Below are positions 39,636 through 52,260 of a DNA stretch of 64,000 nucleotides, in pieces. Position 1 is the stretch's first letter; every line of letters starts with the position of its first letter. The position numbers were made by a program, and so were the translations under genes. Under the pieces are notes generated by a model. That model was not told the DNA's origin. It was given only the letters and a program-made list of their open reading frames with translations, and made no database searches. The stretch comes from Octopus sinensis. Taxonomy: Eukaryota. The stretch covers positions 84,134,001 to 84,198,000 of the forward strand of contig NC_043006.1 in assembly GCF_006345805.1 (NCBI RefSeq), given 5' to 3'.

Positions 39636-40234
39636 TATAAGGAAAAAAATAAAAATAAAAATCGCGCCGAAACTAATTTTTTTTGTTGGGGAGGGGGTGA
39701 GAAAGCTGAACGCTTTAAAATAAATATATCTTAATTGTTGTGAGAGGAAGTATATTGTATCTTTCAAAAAACATCCTAAATTTATAGACTATATCTTGTG
39801 TGTTTAAGAGAAAAAATTTACAGAAATAAATTTTCCAGAGTGTGAATTACATGGTTCGTTATTACCTGCCCCCAACGCACTTTTTTCCGAAACAAAATAA
39901 GGGATTTACAGCATATTAGGAGGTCAGGGTACTTGATTCCACGCAAAAAATCCAAGCTTTTCTTTTTTTTTACCTTATTGAAAATCGTGCGGGTGTTAAT
40001 ATAAAGATTTACCAAAAAGGGGTCCATAGGTAAAAAAAAATGGTTTGCGGAATGTATTTTGGGGGAGTGGGAGACTATTTCTAACAAGTTGAACGACCGA
40101 AGTAGTCTCTACGTGGTTCTCCGATCTGTTAAAAAGAGTCACCAAATCGCTCCCAGATTGTACCCTACAGTTAAAAAAAGCCCCCGCACACATTGAATAT
40201 TGTAATCCTCCATATATTGTCTAAAAAAAAAAAT

Positions 40235-40470
40235 AAGGCGGCGAGCTGGCAGAAGCGTTAGCACGCTGGGCGAAATGCGTAGCCGTATTTCGTCTGCCGC
40301 TACGTTCTGAGTTCAAATTCCGCCGAGGTCGAATTTGCCTTTCATCCTTTCGGAATCGATGAATTAAATACCAGTTACACACTGGGGTCGATGTAATCGA
40401 CTCAATCCGTTTGTCTGTCCTTGTTTGTCCTCTCTGTGTTTAGCCACCTTGTGGGTAGTAAAGAAATGGG
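40235..40470 (+). mobile_element. SINE family B, full length
   Basis: aaggcggcgagctggcagaa head, gagttcaaattcc B-box; tatattgtc(+A run) repeated at 40213 and 40471 as a TSD. Confidence 0.88.
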
Positions 40471-40499
40471 TATATTGTCAAAAAACAAAAAAAAGGAGG

Positions 40500-41121
40500 G
40501 AGGAGGGGTTGTCATAGGTTTGTTCAATCAGGATTGACCTAGGGTTAAACGACGTCAACCGCGGTGAGGCTACCGCGTTGGATGTTGTTTTTGTCAGAAC
40601 GATAGTTTTCTTCGCAGAAGGAGACGGTGGATATGAGATCGTGTTAACATTCTAAGAAATTCAAGTGAAGAGAAATAGTTAAAACCAGGAAATGAAACAG
40701 GATCCAACGCTTTGAATAATTTACATTAGTTTATAGAGTTGTCAGTCAGTCATAAGATTAAAAAAAAAGTGAAACTGTAGACGATACAAAATATCTAGAG
40801 ATCGCTTACAACTTGGAAGAATAAAAATAGTATATAAGATAACACACCAAAAGAAAGAAAGTATTTGGGAAAAAGACAGCAACAGTATCAACAACAAATA
40901 AATTACATTCATTTTAGATTTTAATGAAAAGTCAAATCTGAAACAATTTCCTGGAATAAAAAAAAAAAAGCTGTCTGTTTATGTATAGCGTAAGCGGTTG
41001 AGTTTATATTTCGTCAACATGGAAGAATGATCCTCTTGACTGAATGAACGGATTTATTTTACGGAACAGAAAGCGGTAAAGATCTAATTATAACCAGTGA
41101 ATAAGTTATACAAAGTGAAAT
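40500..41121 (+). promoter_or_regulatory. Probable VAC14 promoter / 5' leader
   Basis: Unique sequence, locally richer in CpG than the window, directly upstream of the VAC14 ATG; CRE-like gacgtca at 40551; transcription start site cannot be located. Confidence 0.45.
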
Positions 41122-41222
41122 ATGGGAGACAGACCTCATTCTCCGCTCTCTGTGTCTTGCGTGCGAGCCCTAAACGACAAATTGTACGAAAAAAGGAAAA
41201 TTGCCGCACAAGAAATTGATAA
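41122..41222 (+). CDS. VAC14: VAC14 (PIKfyve complex scaffold), first coding exon
   Basis: ATG at 41122; [33 protein letters not shown] + AA, donor gtaagt; [13 protein letters not shown] is the conserved VAC14 N-terminus; phase 2 matches the exon at 59703. Confidence 0.93.
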
Positions 41223-43274
41223 GTAAGTATCAAAATAACAACAACAATAATTGCCCCTTTAATTTCTTTGGTGTTTTCTTTTATTTTTAATTCGTACTTT
41301 TACTTTTATTGCATTTGAGTTACCTCTCTCCCTTGTTAACATTTAGATAACGAAACTGATAATGAGTTGCGAGTTATTGTTTCCTTAAAGATCCCCCTTC
41401 TAATATCGGTTTCTTCCGAGTATTTTTAAAAAGGGATGTTCGATTGAATCAGCGCTATTGTATTACATATTTAATTAATCATGAATGGAATAAAGGTAAC
41501 TAAGAGGACCGGCAATATGAAAACAAAACATAAATATATGAGAACAGTTTGTCAATTCCCAGACCTTGTGATATATAGTTGATTGCTTGTTAGCACCGAA
41601 CCAGCCCTTATCTTGCAAAACTATAACCAGAGACTTTCCATCTGTGACCATCCGTTTTATTTTCAGGCATACTATATCTAAGATTACATTATCTAATGTG
41701 TCGTTATTTTTTTCCAGTAGGATATGATTTAAGTGAGAGTTAGCTGCTACTTTTAGCTGGTCTCCCCTCGTTGGCTCAATTTCCTCAAGGTGATCAATTT
41801 TCATAGGGAAGTTAATTAATCGCTGCAATATATTCTGGGTCCGTCTTAACACTATTATAGGCTCCCGGGAGAAGCAATGTATTGGGGCCAATAGCATTTA
41901 TTTATTGACAACAAGCCGCGGCATAAATAGATTAATTGGCACTCGTGGGTTCTATCAATTTACCCAACGTGTCCATTCCTTAATACGGTGCTTAATATAT
42001 TAGTGTTACATATTTTTGACGACACTTAACCGAGAAATATAAGTTTTAAATCGATCTCTGTGCAATATGAAATACATTTAGTAACTAACATGCTGTTAGT
42101 TACATAACTTTTGTATTAATATATTTCATAGCGGCATATAATGATGTAATAGTAAGATTAGACACAAGCAGACAAAATTAACAACATTATTCAACAGTTG
42201 ATATCATCATCATCATCTCTCTCTCTATATATATATATACACACACACAAAAAAAAACTTTCATTTTTTGAGGGAGAAGAACGGCATAAACTAAGCGAAA
42301 GCTTACGACGAGGAATAGTAACCGGGTTGCGTACATCCGTCAAGAAGTTTTTGGTTAGCACTCGTGCGGTTATATTTATGTATATTGTATGGCAAAAACA
42401 CACACACGCACACACACAAGGAAAACATCAAGAGAAATAAAAGCCAGATCGCTACCATTGTGTGTCATTGTGTTGAGTGTATTGATTGCGTAAACAAATA
42501 CAAACATGGCACACTTTTAATTCAACTTTTATCAATGTACACATATTCCTATTCTATATCGTCTTTGTAAACGTTGCCAGCTGATCAAGCCAAAGTTTGC
42601 TAGAATTATGGGCGGGCCGGAATTATGGAGTTTCGTGTGCGAAAATAAAAATCTAAAACAAGAAAACGGAAAACATAAAACAAATTAATAAAAACAAAAC
42701 GAGTATGCTCAAGTATTTATATCAATATTTCTCGTAAACGTCCTTCAGTATTTTTGTTTTTGAATACGTTAAAAACTTGATTTGTGTGTTTATATTATAC
42801 ACATGGCCTGTATCTATTTCTGTACGTATGGATATCTATCTATCTATCTGTCTGTCTATGTGTGTATGTGTACATACATATCTGTCTGTCTCTTTGTATA
42901 CAAACGTAGACACACACAAACATTCGTGTTATTTTTAGCATCACTTTTTATGTCCTGTTTTATCATGCTTGCCTATGTTCAATGAATCTATTTTAACACA
43001 CCCTCTCACCATTTGTCACGCCCCTTCATCTTCCCCTTTTCAGAGCCCCCACATCCTTACATATCGACATCTTTTGTCTTTCCCGTCCCCAAGTACCTTC
43101 TATTTGCATAGGTTCACACATTTTTTTTCACCCAACCATCATCCTTTAAGCACATCACATGTGATTATCAGTGCACTCTTGTATCTAGCACACGATGCTA
43201 TCTCTTATGCCCAGGGTTTGGCTTAACATATCTGTACTCTGTCATTCACACTGTCATTCATCAGAGTTTACTTG

Positions 43275-43689
43275 GGATATTTTCGGTTTGAACGGCAGTT
43301 TTTCTAGCGGTGTCATATGAAATTGTCACCCATAATTATGACCCTAGTATCGATCTATTGCATTTCAATCTGTTTTAGGGTTAGGGGTGGGGGGAAGGGT
43401 ATCTTTTTTTCTTCACAAATGTAAATAAACCCAATCTGTTTCTTAGACGAGGGACATATTCATACGGCACAGAATGTTTTTTTTTTACCTCAATAGACGT
43501 CATTGATTGGTTGAAATTGCAGAAATTGAAGAAAAAAAAAACAACAAATATCTTACAACCTATAGAATTTTCTCAATAAAGCCAAGAGGAAAAGATGTTT
43601 TATAAACATTCTACCAGTATACGAAGTTTAAAAGAGTTTAGTTACGTGCAAATTATTTTAAAAAACTGCCTTTCAAACCGAAAAGATCC
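43275..43689. mobile_element. GGATC-terminus MITE family member
   Basis: ggatattttcggtttgaacggcag ... ctgcctttcaaaccgaaaagatcc inverted termini; ttagggttagg inside; TSD not evident. Confidence 0.75.
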
Positions 43690-45131
43690 TTGATTTATTT
43701 ATTTCCATTGCCCACATATGCTCCACATTCAGGGCTTGAGGGTTGCTACTATAAAATTGTACTTTGCCCATAAGCATCATACGGTTTGCCCTTTATCTGG
43801 TGAAAGGGAGAGAGTGATACACTCTGTTGCATTTAGAGGTAAAAATTCTTTGACCGTTGTCTACTCATCCTTTCTTTAAATGCTGTGCATTTGTTACAGA
43901 CACCTCCATTGTCTTACATAGATAACAAAAGCTACCAACTATTTCTAGCAAGTCTTTTAAGGCAATTAAAAGACTTCTGAAGGTTGTGAGCTGGCTGAAA
44001 CATTAGCACACCAGGCAAAATGCTTAGCAGCTTTTTGTTCATCTTTATGTTCTGGGTTCAGATTCTGCCAAGGTCAACTTTACCTTCAATCTTTCTGGGT
44101 GCGATAAAATAAATACCAGTTGAGGACTGGGGTTAGTATAATTGACTTAACCCTTCTCCCTGAAATTGCTGGCTTTGTACCAAAATTTGAAACCAAGTAT
44201 GATGGATGCACTTCGCTGGCAACAATCATGCTTGAATGGTGCGTTTCACGTGTCACCGGCACGGGAGCCAATCCATGGCCCTGGCAACGGTCATGCTCAG
44301 ATATGCTTTTATCGTTCCACTTGCATGAGTGCCAATCAGGCGTTACTGTCATTGGCCACATCTGTGATTTTGGTTTCACTTGCCTCAATAGGTCTACACA
44401 AGCAAGTTATTGTCCAATGAATGAGGGGTATCCATAAGTGGGCTGGTTACACCCACTGGCATATATATATGCTAGCAGAGATACCCACCTTGCTCGTAAT
44501 TAACAAGGTATGGTTTTTTTATTGTTCTACTTGTTTCGGTCATGTGACTGCGGCCATACTGGAGCACTGCCTTTGGTTGAAAAACCGACCACAAGATTTA
44601 TTCTTTGTAAGCCTAGTACTTATGCTATCAGTGTGAACCGCTAAGTTATAGGAACGTAAACACAGCAACATCGGTTGTCAAGCAATGGTGGGGTAGAAAC
44701 ACACACACACACACACACGCAAATATGCACATACGTATGACAGTCTTCTTTCTACACACATATATATATATGAATATATACATATATATTCACATATATA
44801 CATCTGCACCAGTCCCGCATAGCCCCTGCCCATTCAAAGTACCTTGGATTCCAGAACATCCCGCTGTGCTTGAGGAGACCTATTGAGTCAAGTACATGAA
44901 CATCAAAATAAATATCAATGGAAATAGTAGTTGTGATACCTATGCCGGTGGCACATAAAAAGCACCCGCTACACTCGTGGAGTGGTTGGCGTTAGGAAGG
45001 GCATCCAGCTTTAGAAACACTGCCAGATCAGACTGGAGCCTGGTGCAGCCCCTGGCTTCCCAGACCCCAGTCGAACCATCCAACCTGTGCCAGCGCGGAA
45101 AACGGACGTTAAACGATGATGATGATGATGA

Positions 45132-45450
45132 TATACACACATACATACATATATACTCATACATGTATATACACATACATATATACTCATACATATATAT
45201 ACATACTCATACATATATATACATAAATATACATAGATATATATACATATATATATATACACACACACACATATATATATACACATGAATATACATACAT
45301 AAATATATACATATATATATACATACATATGTATACATACATATACATACACACACACACATATATACATGCATACATATACAAATACATATTATATAAA
45401 TACATATTGAAAGTAATAGAAATGAAAGTAATACATATATATATAGATAC
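45132..45450. repeat. Compound (AT/AC/ACAT)n microsatellite
   Basis: Low-complexity tract; similar tracts at 47545-47760 and many (TA)n runs. Confidence 0.9.
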
Positions 45451-45740
45451 ATAATGAAAGTGATTGAAATTGGAACCGTATAATAGTGAAAGCATTGATA
45501 GAGATGTCATCGTTTCATTTTTGACACAATACATAATACTGAAACAGTGTAAGAGATAAGAGATTGCTCTGGGCTCGCATTAAGCAAGAAGTCAAAAATA
45601 TTTTTGGACCCATGACACTGCATAGACCCTAAGTCAGGTATGTGTAAAATTTGAATCAAATCTGTTGGGTAGTTCTTGAGTTTTAGTTATGCGCACATAC
45701 AGACAGACAGATACATTCTCAGTTTTATATATATATATAT

Positions 45741-46048
45741 CACATGATCACCGTGACCAACCAGGCTATCACATGTTGCTACACATCGTTGGTCACAATG
45801 CGCTTCGCTTGTTTTAGCCTTCAAATGATGCCACCTCGCTGGCTAAGTGAGCAGGCCAACAGAAGAAAGAGTGAGAGAAAGTTGTGGCGAAAGAGTACAG
45901 CGGGGATCACCACCACCCCCTGCCGGAGCTTCGTGGAGCTTTAGATGTTTTCGCTCAATAAACACTCACAACACCCAGTCTGGGAATCAAAATCACGATC
46001 CTACGACCATGAGTCCGCTGCCCTAACCACTGGGCCATTGCGCCTCCA
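45741..46048 (-). mobile_element. SINE family D
   Basis: High identity to 4431-4712 and 62358-62646. Confidence 0.8.
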
Positions 46049-47575
46049 CACACACATATATATATATACTACAAAGTTATGTTAAATTCTTCATTATTTT
46101 CAAGATCAATTGAAACATAGAAAGTGCTAAAGTGATTTAAATCAAAACCTTCTTCTACCAAATATTTCATGCGTTGATTTATGTTTCAAACACCTGTTTA
46201 AGTATGATGATGTTTCTTTACTAGATTTTCCACTATTTTCAAGATTTATTGGAACAATCATGGTGTATTTCAACAGAAATATCATAACAAAAAGGTTAAA
46301 GTGATTTAAATGAAAACCTTCCATCAAACTGTCATGTTATATTATGTCCCAAACACACACTTAATAAGGATAGAGCTATTTTACTAAACTCTGCATTGTT
46401 TCCCAAATTAATTGAAATGAATGCAGACCATTTCAACAGAAATATAACAAAAAGAATTGAATATATGAAGTAACCCCTGTGTAGTCAAAAGCTTTATTTA
46501 TTATTTTTTTAGTAATGGAACAAAGATACATTGTTTCATCTCAGTTGATAATGTGGGCTCTATCATATACTACATTACAGAAGTCTGTTATTAAATTTTA
46601 AGTTGTGGGTGTCTGATGTTTTTTCATGCTTCTAATGGTATTTCATGTAGTAAATGGTAGCACATGATAGACTGAGATGGCGATCCAAGGTATCCCACCT
46701 GTTGAGAGTAGATGATATCTTCTGATGATGTATAAGTCCTGTTACAGGCAGATATACATATGTATATACATACATTCATACATACCCACACACATACCCA
46801 CTTGTATATAGATATATACATGAGACCTGAGACCCCCATTCGGTCATAACTGACTGTGGGATTGCACCTAGAAAGTTACCCTCCCAGGCACAAGTCCAGG
46901 CAAGGTTGTTTATGGAAGACCAGCAGTTGCTCACACATACCAGCTTCCCCTCTCCATGCCACCAGTGTTATCCAAGGGAAAGGCAAAGGGGCCGATACAG
47001 CTTGGCACCTGTGACGTCGCAACTCATTTCTATAGCTGAGTGAACTGGAGCAATGTGAAATAAAGTGTCTTGCTCAAGAACACAATATGCAGCCCAGTCC
47101 GGGATTCGAACTCACAACCTCACGATTGTAAGCTCAATGCTCTAACCACTGAGCCATGCACCTTCAATACACACATAGAGTACATGCATACAGACTATAC
47201 ATACATAATGAAATATGTGTACATCCATGCATGCATACATGTAGATGAAATCTGAAAAAGCTCATCGTATGTATGTGTTTGTATTTATGCTTGTCCCTAA
47301 ATACCACTTGGCAACTGGTGTTAGTTTGTTTACATTCCTGCAACTTAGCGGTTCAACAAAAAGGGTTTGATAGAATAAGTACAAGGCTTAAAAAAGACAT
47401 AAGTACTGGCATTGACTCATTTGACTAAAATCTTCTTCAAGGCAGTGTCCCAGCATGGCCACGATCTAATGCCTGAAACAAGTAAAAGATAGAATCTTTT
47501 GTCTTTTACTTGTTTCAATCATTGTATCTTGATATGACACATGCATACAAAACACACACACACACACACTCACAT

Positions 47576-47606
<31 letters not shown>

Positions 47607-48796
47607 TACATACATACATACATACATACTTGTATACAGACATACATAATACATGCATACATACATACAGATATACAAGCTTACAGGCATACACACACAT
47701 TCATGCACACTTATGCATATACACACTCTCCCCCTCTCTCTCTCACTCACACATACACTGGTTTGGGAGAGGAAAGGAGAAAATTATCCTCAGACCAGTC
47801 ACCTGGCTTATATACTTGCAACAGTATTGACTTCACTAAAGACACCCAAGGGTGTTATTAACCTTTTGTCTACCAATGGGTCCAATGGACCCAATTCAGT
47901 TTTTTCAGTTGCTTTCTACTATTATTTATATTATTTGATTCTGCTGATTTCTCATGACTCTTATTTTTTCTTGATTCTCTTTTATTTGTCAAATGGGAAA
48001 TTTTCCTTATGTTTATAAAAGCTATAAAATTTCACTTTATACATTAATTACTGTATAGGTTCATTGGACCCTCAAATTAAATTCAGACAATACTCTTGTC
48101 ATTCTAAACAGAATAAAAGCAGTATCAAATATTATTTTCCTAGATATTTATCAGATATAAAATAGTATTCAATTTATTTGCCAAATTTTAGATAAATTAG
48201 GAAAAATTATGGAAATATTCCTGTAAATTTGTGTGGTATTGCTTCACCTTCAATCTGCTAGGTGACACAATATTTCTGTCATGACACAATTCTTACAATA
48301 CATTGCATCATCTTTCAGGAGAGTATAAATATGTGAGAGAGCAATATCTGCCTTTAGTCTGCTATTAAGTTTCATGTAGTTCAGTTGTGCTTTCCAAAAT
48401 GCCTAGACGTAAAAACTTGAGTGAAGACCAAATATCAAAAAGTTTATTGGAATTAGATGAAGAATGGGAAGAAGATAGTGATTCCTTCTATTGCTCTGAA
48501 GATGGTGGTGAAAGTGATTGTGTGCTGGACAGTTTAAGTTTTTGTCATCAGATGATGAAGATACTCAAAAACAATTATCTGCAAGACACCCAATTATGAA
48601 TTAGCAATATGTTTCTAGAGACAGACAAGATGTTTGGCATTCTAATCCTCTTATTCAAGTAGCAGTAAGAACTTCATCTTGCAATACTGTGTGACAAGAA
48701 AGGTCTTGCGATAGCATTGAAACATGCTTTACTGTCTTTATGTGCCAGAATCTTCTTGAAGTAATTCGCAAATGGACAAATGTTGAAGGTCAGGTT

Positions 48797-49190
48797 ACTC
48801 TTTTACTTGTTTCAGTCATTTTACTGCGGCCATGCTGGAGCACCGTCTTTAGTCGAGCAAATCGAGCCCGGGACTTATTCTTTGTAAGCCCAGTACCTAT
48901 TCTATCGGTCTCTTTTGCCAAACCGCTATGTGACGGGGATGTAAACACACCAGCATCAGTTGTCAAGCAATGCTAGGGGGACAAACACAGACACACAAGC
49001 CCACACACACACACACATACATATATACGACAGGCTTCTTTCAGCTTCCGTCTACCAAATCCACTCACAAGGCATTGGTCGGCCCGGGGCTATAGCAGAA
49101 GACACTTGCCCAAGATGCCACGCAGTGGGACTGAACCCGGAACCATGTAGTTGGTTAGCAAGCTACTTACCATACAGCCACTCCTGCGCC
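48797..49190 (-). mobile_element. SINE family A inserted in the piggyBac transposase
   Basis: Full reverse copy splitting WTNVEGQ|VYKK. Confidence 0.88.
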
Positions 49191-49286
49191 TTGTTTACAA
49201 AAAAAAAAAAAAAAAAAAAATTGGAAGGAAATTGATCACTCTGAACTAAAGAACTTTATTGGACTCATTATTCTTATAGGTCTTTT

Positions 49287-49449
49287 GCACCGGTTCTCGT
49301 TCGATCACCGAAGTTAAGCAACGTCAAGCCTAGGTAGTAATTAGATGGGTGATCACTTGGGAAACCTAGGTGCTGTAAGCCTCACACATTTTAATGGCTG
49401 TGCTCCAGCATGGCCACTGCTCTGAGCTGAAACTACAGAGAAAAAAAAA
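49287..49449 (+). mobile_element. 5S rRNA-derived SINE (SINE3-like) or 5S chimeric retrocopy
   Basis: 49287-49382 reads gcaccggttctcgttcgatcaccgaagttaagcaacgtc...tagatgggtgatcacttgggaaacctaggtgctgtaagc (5S rRNA lacking about 24 5' nt); followed by a gtgctccagcatggcc...gctgaaac tail and an A run. Confidence 0.8.
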
Positions 49450-50762
49450 TCTAAACTTGAAAATGTCACACAATTATGGAGTCAAGAAGATGGCCACCCA
49501 ATATTCAACAAAATTATGAGCTGGGGAAGATTTCAACAAATTTTACAAGTATTGTGTTTTGATGATGCTCATGCAAGAAGAAAAAAGAGAAGTGATGATA
49601 AATTGGAGTCCATGAGAGAAGTATTTGAAATGTGGAATCAGAATTTGCAAGATGGATATGTTCCAAGTTCATGCATGACAGTTGATGAACAATTAGTTTC
49701 ATTCAGAGGGCGCTGCCCATTCCAGGTATATATTGAGTTTTCCCAAAATAGAATGAAACAAATTGACTCATATCCTTCAAATCCTGTCAGCTGGTGATGT
49801 AGTGAAGACTATCTATAAAACCATAACAAAATATTCTCTGTTTGAGTTGCCTAGAATACTTACAATGATATGTATGTGCCTTTTAGCATGTATATAATCA
49901 CATGCACTCAATACATGAGGTCAAGTATATCTATGCATACACTTATAAACACACACACATGTTAATCCCCTCGCATTTTCACAAGTATCCTTGGAACTCT
50001 CTTGACCCAAGCAAAGAAGTTTTATCACACACGCACACACACACACACACACATCCAAAAATGACATGCATCCTCTAAATCCAATCTATTTGTGAAACAG
50101 TAAAAATTTGTGACATAATCCAAAGATTTTCTGCTTGACATTCTTTAAATGAGTATATGCATACACTTAGTTGTGTGTATCTTCAAAGATACATATGTAA
50201 TAAATAAGAATGCACACACACACACATACACACACACACACACACACGTACACAAACACATGCACACACACACACACACACCTAAGTACTGAAGAGGCAT
50301 ATCCACACAGAACAAATGTGCAGATGTAGACAGCTACATATATACACACGCAAACTCAATCACATGTTTTACAAATCCCAGGAATTGTCTTAACACGGTA
50401 CGTCTTGTCACTTTGTGACCAGCTAAAACTCCATGAAGAAGAACTTAGATAAACTACAACGAAAACCAACATGCATTCCTATGAGCCTCTTATCAAGTTT
50501 CATAGAAAATAGCTAACTGAATAGCAATTGAAAGAATTCAATGAATAATTAATAATTACTGTGTTAGGAGCAGGTGAGGATGTAGGTACAAGCATGGCTG
50601 TGTAGTAAAATGTTCACTTCTCAACCATATGAGTCTGGATTTCACTGTGTGGCACCTTTAGTAAGTGTCTTGTGCTATTGTCCCAAGTTGACCAAAACCT
50701 TGTGAGTGGATTTTGTCAACAGAAACTTAAAGAAGTCTGTCGTAGTGAAGCACGACCTTCGA

Positions 50763-51196
50763 AGGGAAGGAAAAGTAAAAACATTTACCATCTATCTCCT
50801 GGACCATGGTTTCTGACTTTTTTTAGCAAATATTTATATGAATAATACATAGTCTATTGACTAAAGTTTTCTACACGCTTGGCTACAGGTAATAAAAATT
50901 TCTAAAATCTTTATTACCCTGATATTATTAATTATTGATAATTTTTTTCTGGAAAATTGTTCGAAGAAATACCAGTATTATCTTGCTGCTGACAAAAAAC
51001 TGCACTTGCGCGATTGATTTGAAAAATTATAGTGTATAAGCAAGAGACACATGCTGGATTGCTTCGTACTTATATGTTTAATCTATGTGTACCTGTTGAT
51101 GACGACTTTGCCTAGCAAATTATTTTATTTGCTAAAAAAAAGTCAGAAATCATGGTCCAGGAGATAGATGGTAAATGTTTTTATTTTTCTTTCCCT
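50763..51196. mobile_element. MITE-like element with inverted termini of about 70 bp
   Basis: aaaaacatttaccatctatctcctggaccatggtttctgactttttttagcaaata (ending about 50832) is reverse-complemented at about 51126-51196. Confidence 0.75.
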
Positions 51197-51671
51197 AATA
51201 GTAGTTTGGACTTTAGCTGTTCCTTCTAGTGTGAAAGGAATCCAATGATGGATACCTATTATGTGTTTAAATATACACTGTATATATATATATATATATA
51301 AAATTAATAAAAAAATGAAGAACAAAGCCCACAAGAAAAACAGCAATGTGAAGATGTGGTACATACAAAGTATTAACAGATGCACAGGGAAGGAAAGAAA
51401 GGTTGTTTTACGTTTCAAACAAAGTTCTTCTTTAGAGACAGAGGAAAGTCCAAGAAAAAAGGAAGATGGCGGAAAAAATTGCCAACAATCCACATGTAGT
51501 TACATTGGGAGTAAAAAAATTAGAATAATTTATTACCAGTGGTTCGCATGCGTCATAAAAGTCATAAGACAACATATTTTTATATAAGAGTGTATAAAGA
51601 ATTATACACAGAGGGAGGCCCTTGACAGGACTTCTTACATGTAAGAAGTCCTGTATATTTCTTTATACACT

Positions 51672-51702
<31 letters not shown>

Positions 51703-51705
<3 letters not shown>

Positions 51706-52219
51706 AGACCTGTTGAGTGAAGTAAAACCAATATTGTAGCTGTGTCCAGTGATCCCTGACTGGCTCCCATGCCAGTGGCACATAAAAAGCACCATCTGAA
51801 GTGTCTGAAGCCAATACCTCCTGACTGGCTCTTGTACTGGTGGCATGTAAAAAGCACTATCTGAACATGATTGACACGAGGATTGCCTGACTGGCCCCTG
51901 TGCTGGTGGCACGTAAAAAGCCAGTACCCCCTGACTGGTTCCTGTGCCATGGCATGTAAAAAGCACCATCCACATGTGGCCGATGCCAGTACCCCCTGAC
52001 TGGCCCCCGTGACACATAAAAAACACTATCTGAATGTGATCAATGCTAGGCCTGCCTGACTGGCTCCTGTGCCAGTGGCACGTAAAAAGCACCCACTATA
52101 CTCTTGGAGTGGTTGGCGTTAAAAAGGGCATCTAGCTGTAGAAACATTGCCAAATCAGCTTGGGGCCTGGAGCATGCCAGCATGGAAAACCGACATTAAA
52201 CGATGATGATAATTATGAT

Positions 52220-52220
<1 letters not shown>
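51703..52220 (+). mobile_element. SINE family C with six internal tandem units
   Basis: Six cctgactgg...gtggcacgtaaaaagcac units before the common body and (GAT)n tail. Confidence 0.8.

Positions 52221-52260
<40 letters not shown>

Larger units (their letters stand above)
47862..49733 (+). mobile_element. Decayed piggyBac transposon (transposase pseudogene, 3'-truncated) with two nested retroposons
   Basis: TTAA|cc start at 47858-47862; acidic N-terminus MPRRKNLSEDQI..., then WTNVEG, FIGLIILIG, LWSQEDGHPIF...MS..RF..I...L.FDD and MTVDEQLVSFRGRCPF (piggyBac DDD motif). Confidence 0.88.

Noticed and set aside
41475-41897. 140-aa minus-strand ORF in VAC14 intron 1
   Set aside because: No recognisable motif or splice structure; cannot be supported without a search.
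44940-47861. Overlapping Y/I/H/T/C/V-rich ORFs
   Set aside because: Translations of microsatellites and SINEs.
49287-49382. Functional 5S rRNA gene
   Set aside because: 5'-truncated, no oligo-T terminator, fused to a SINE tail and inserted within a transposase.
51750-52095. CRISPR-like array
   Set aside because: Eukaryotic context, spacers are related to each other, units are part of a dispersed SINE, no cas genes.
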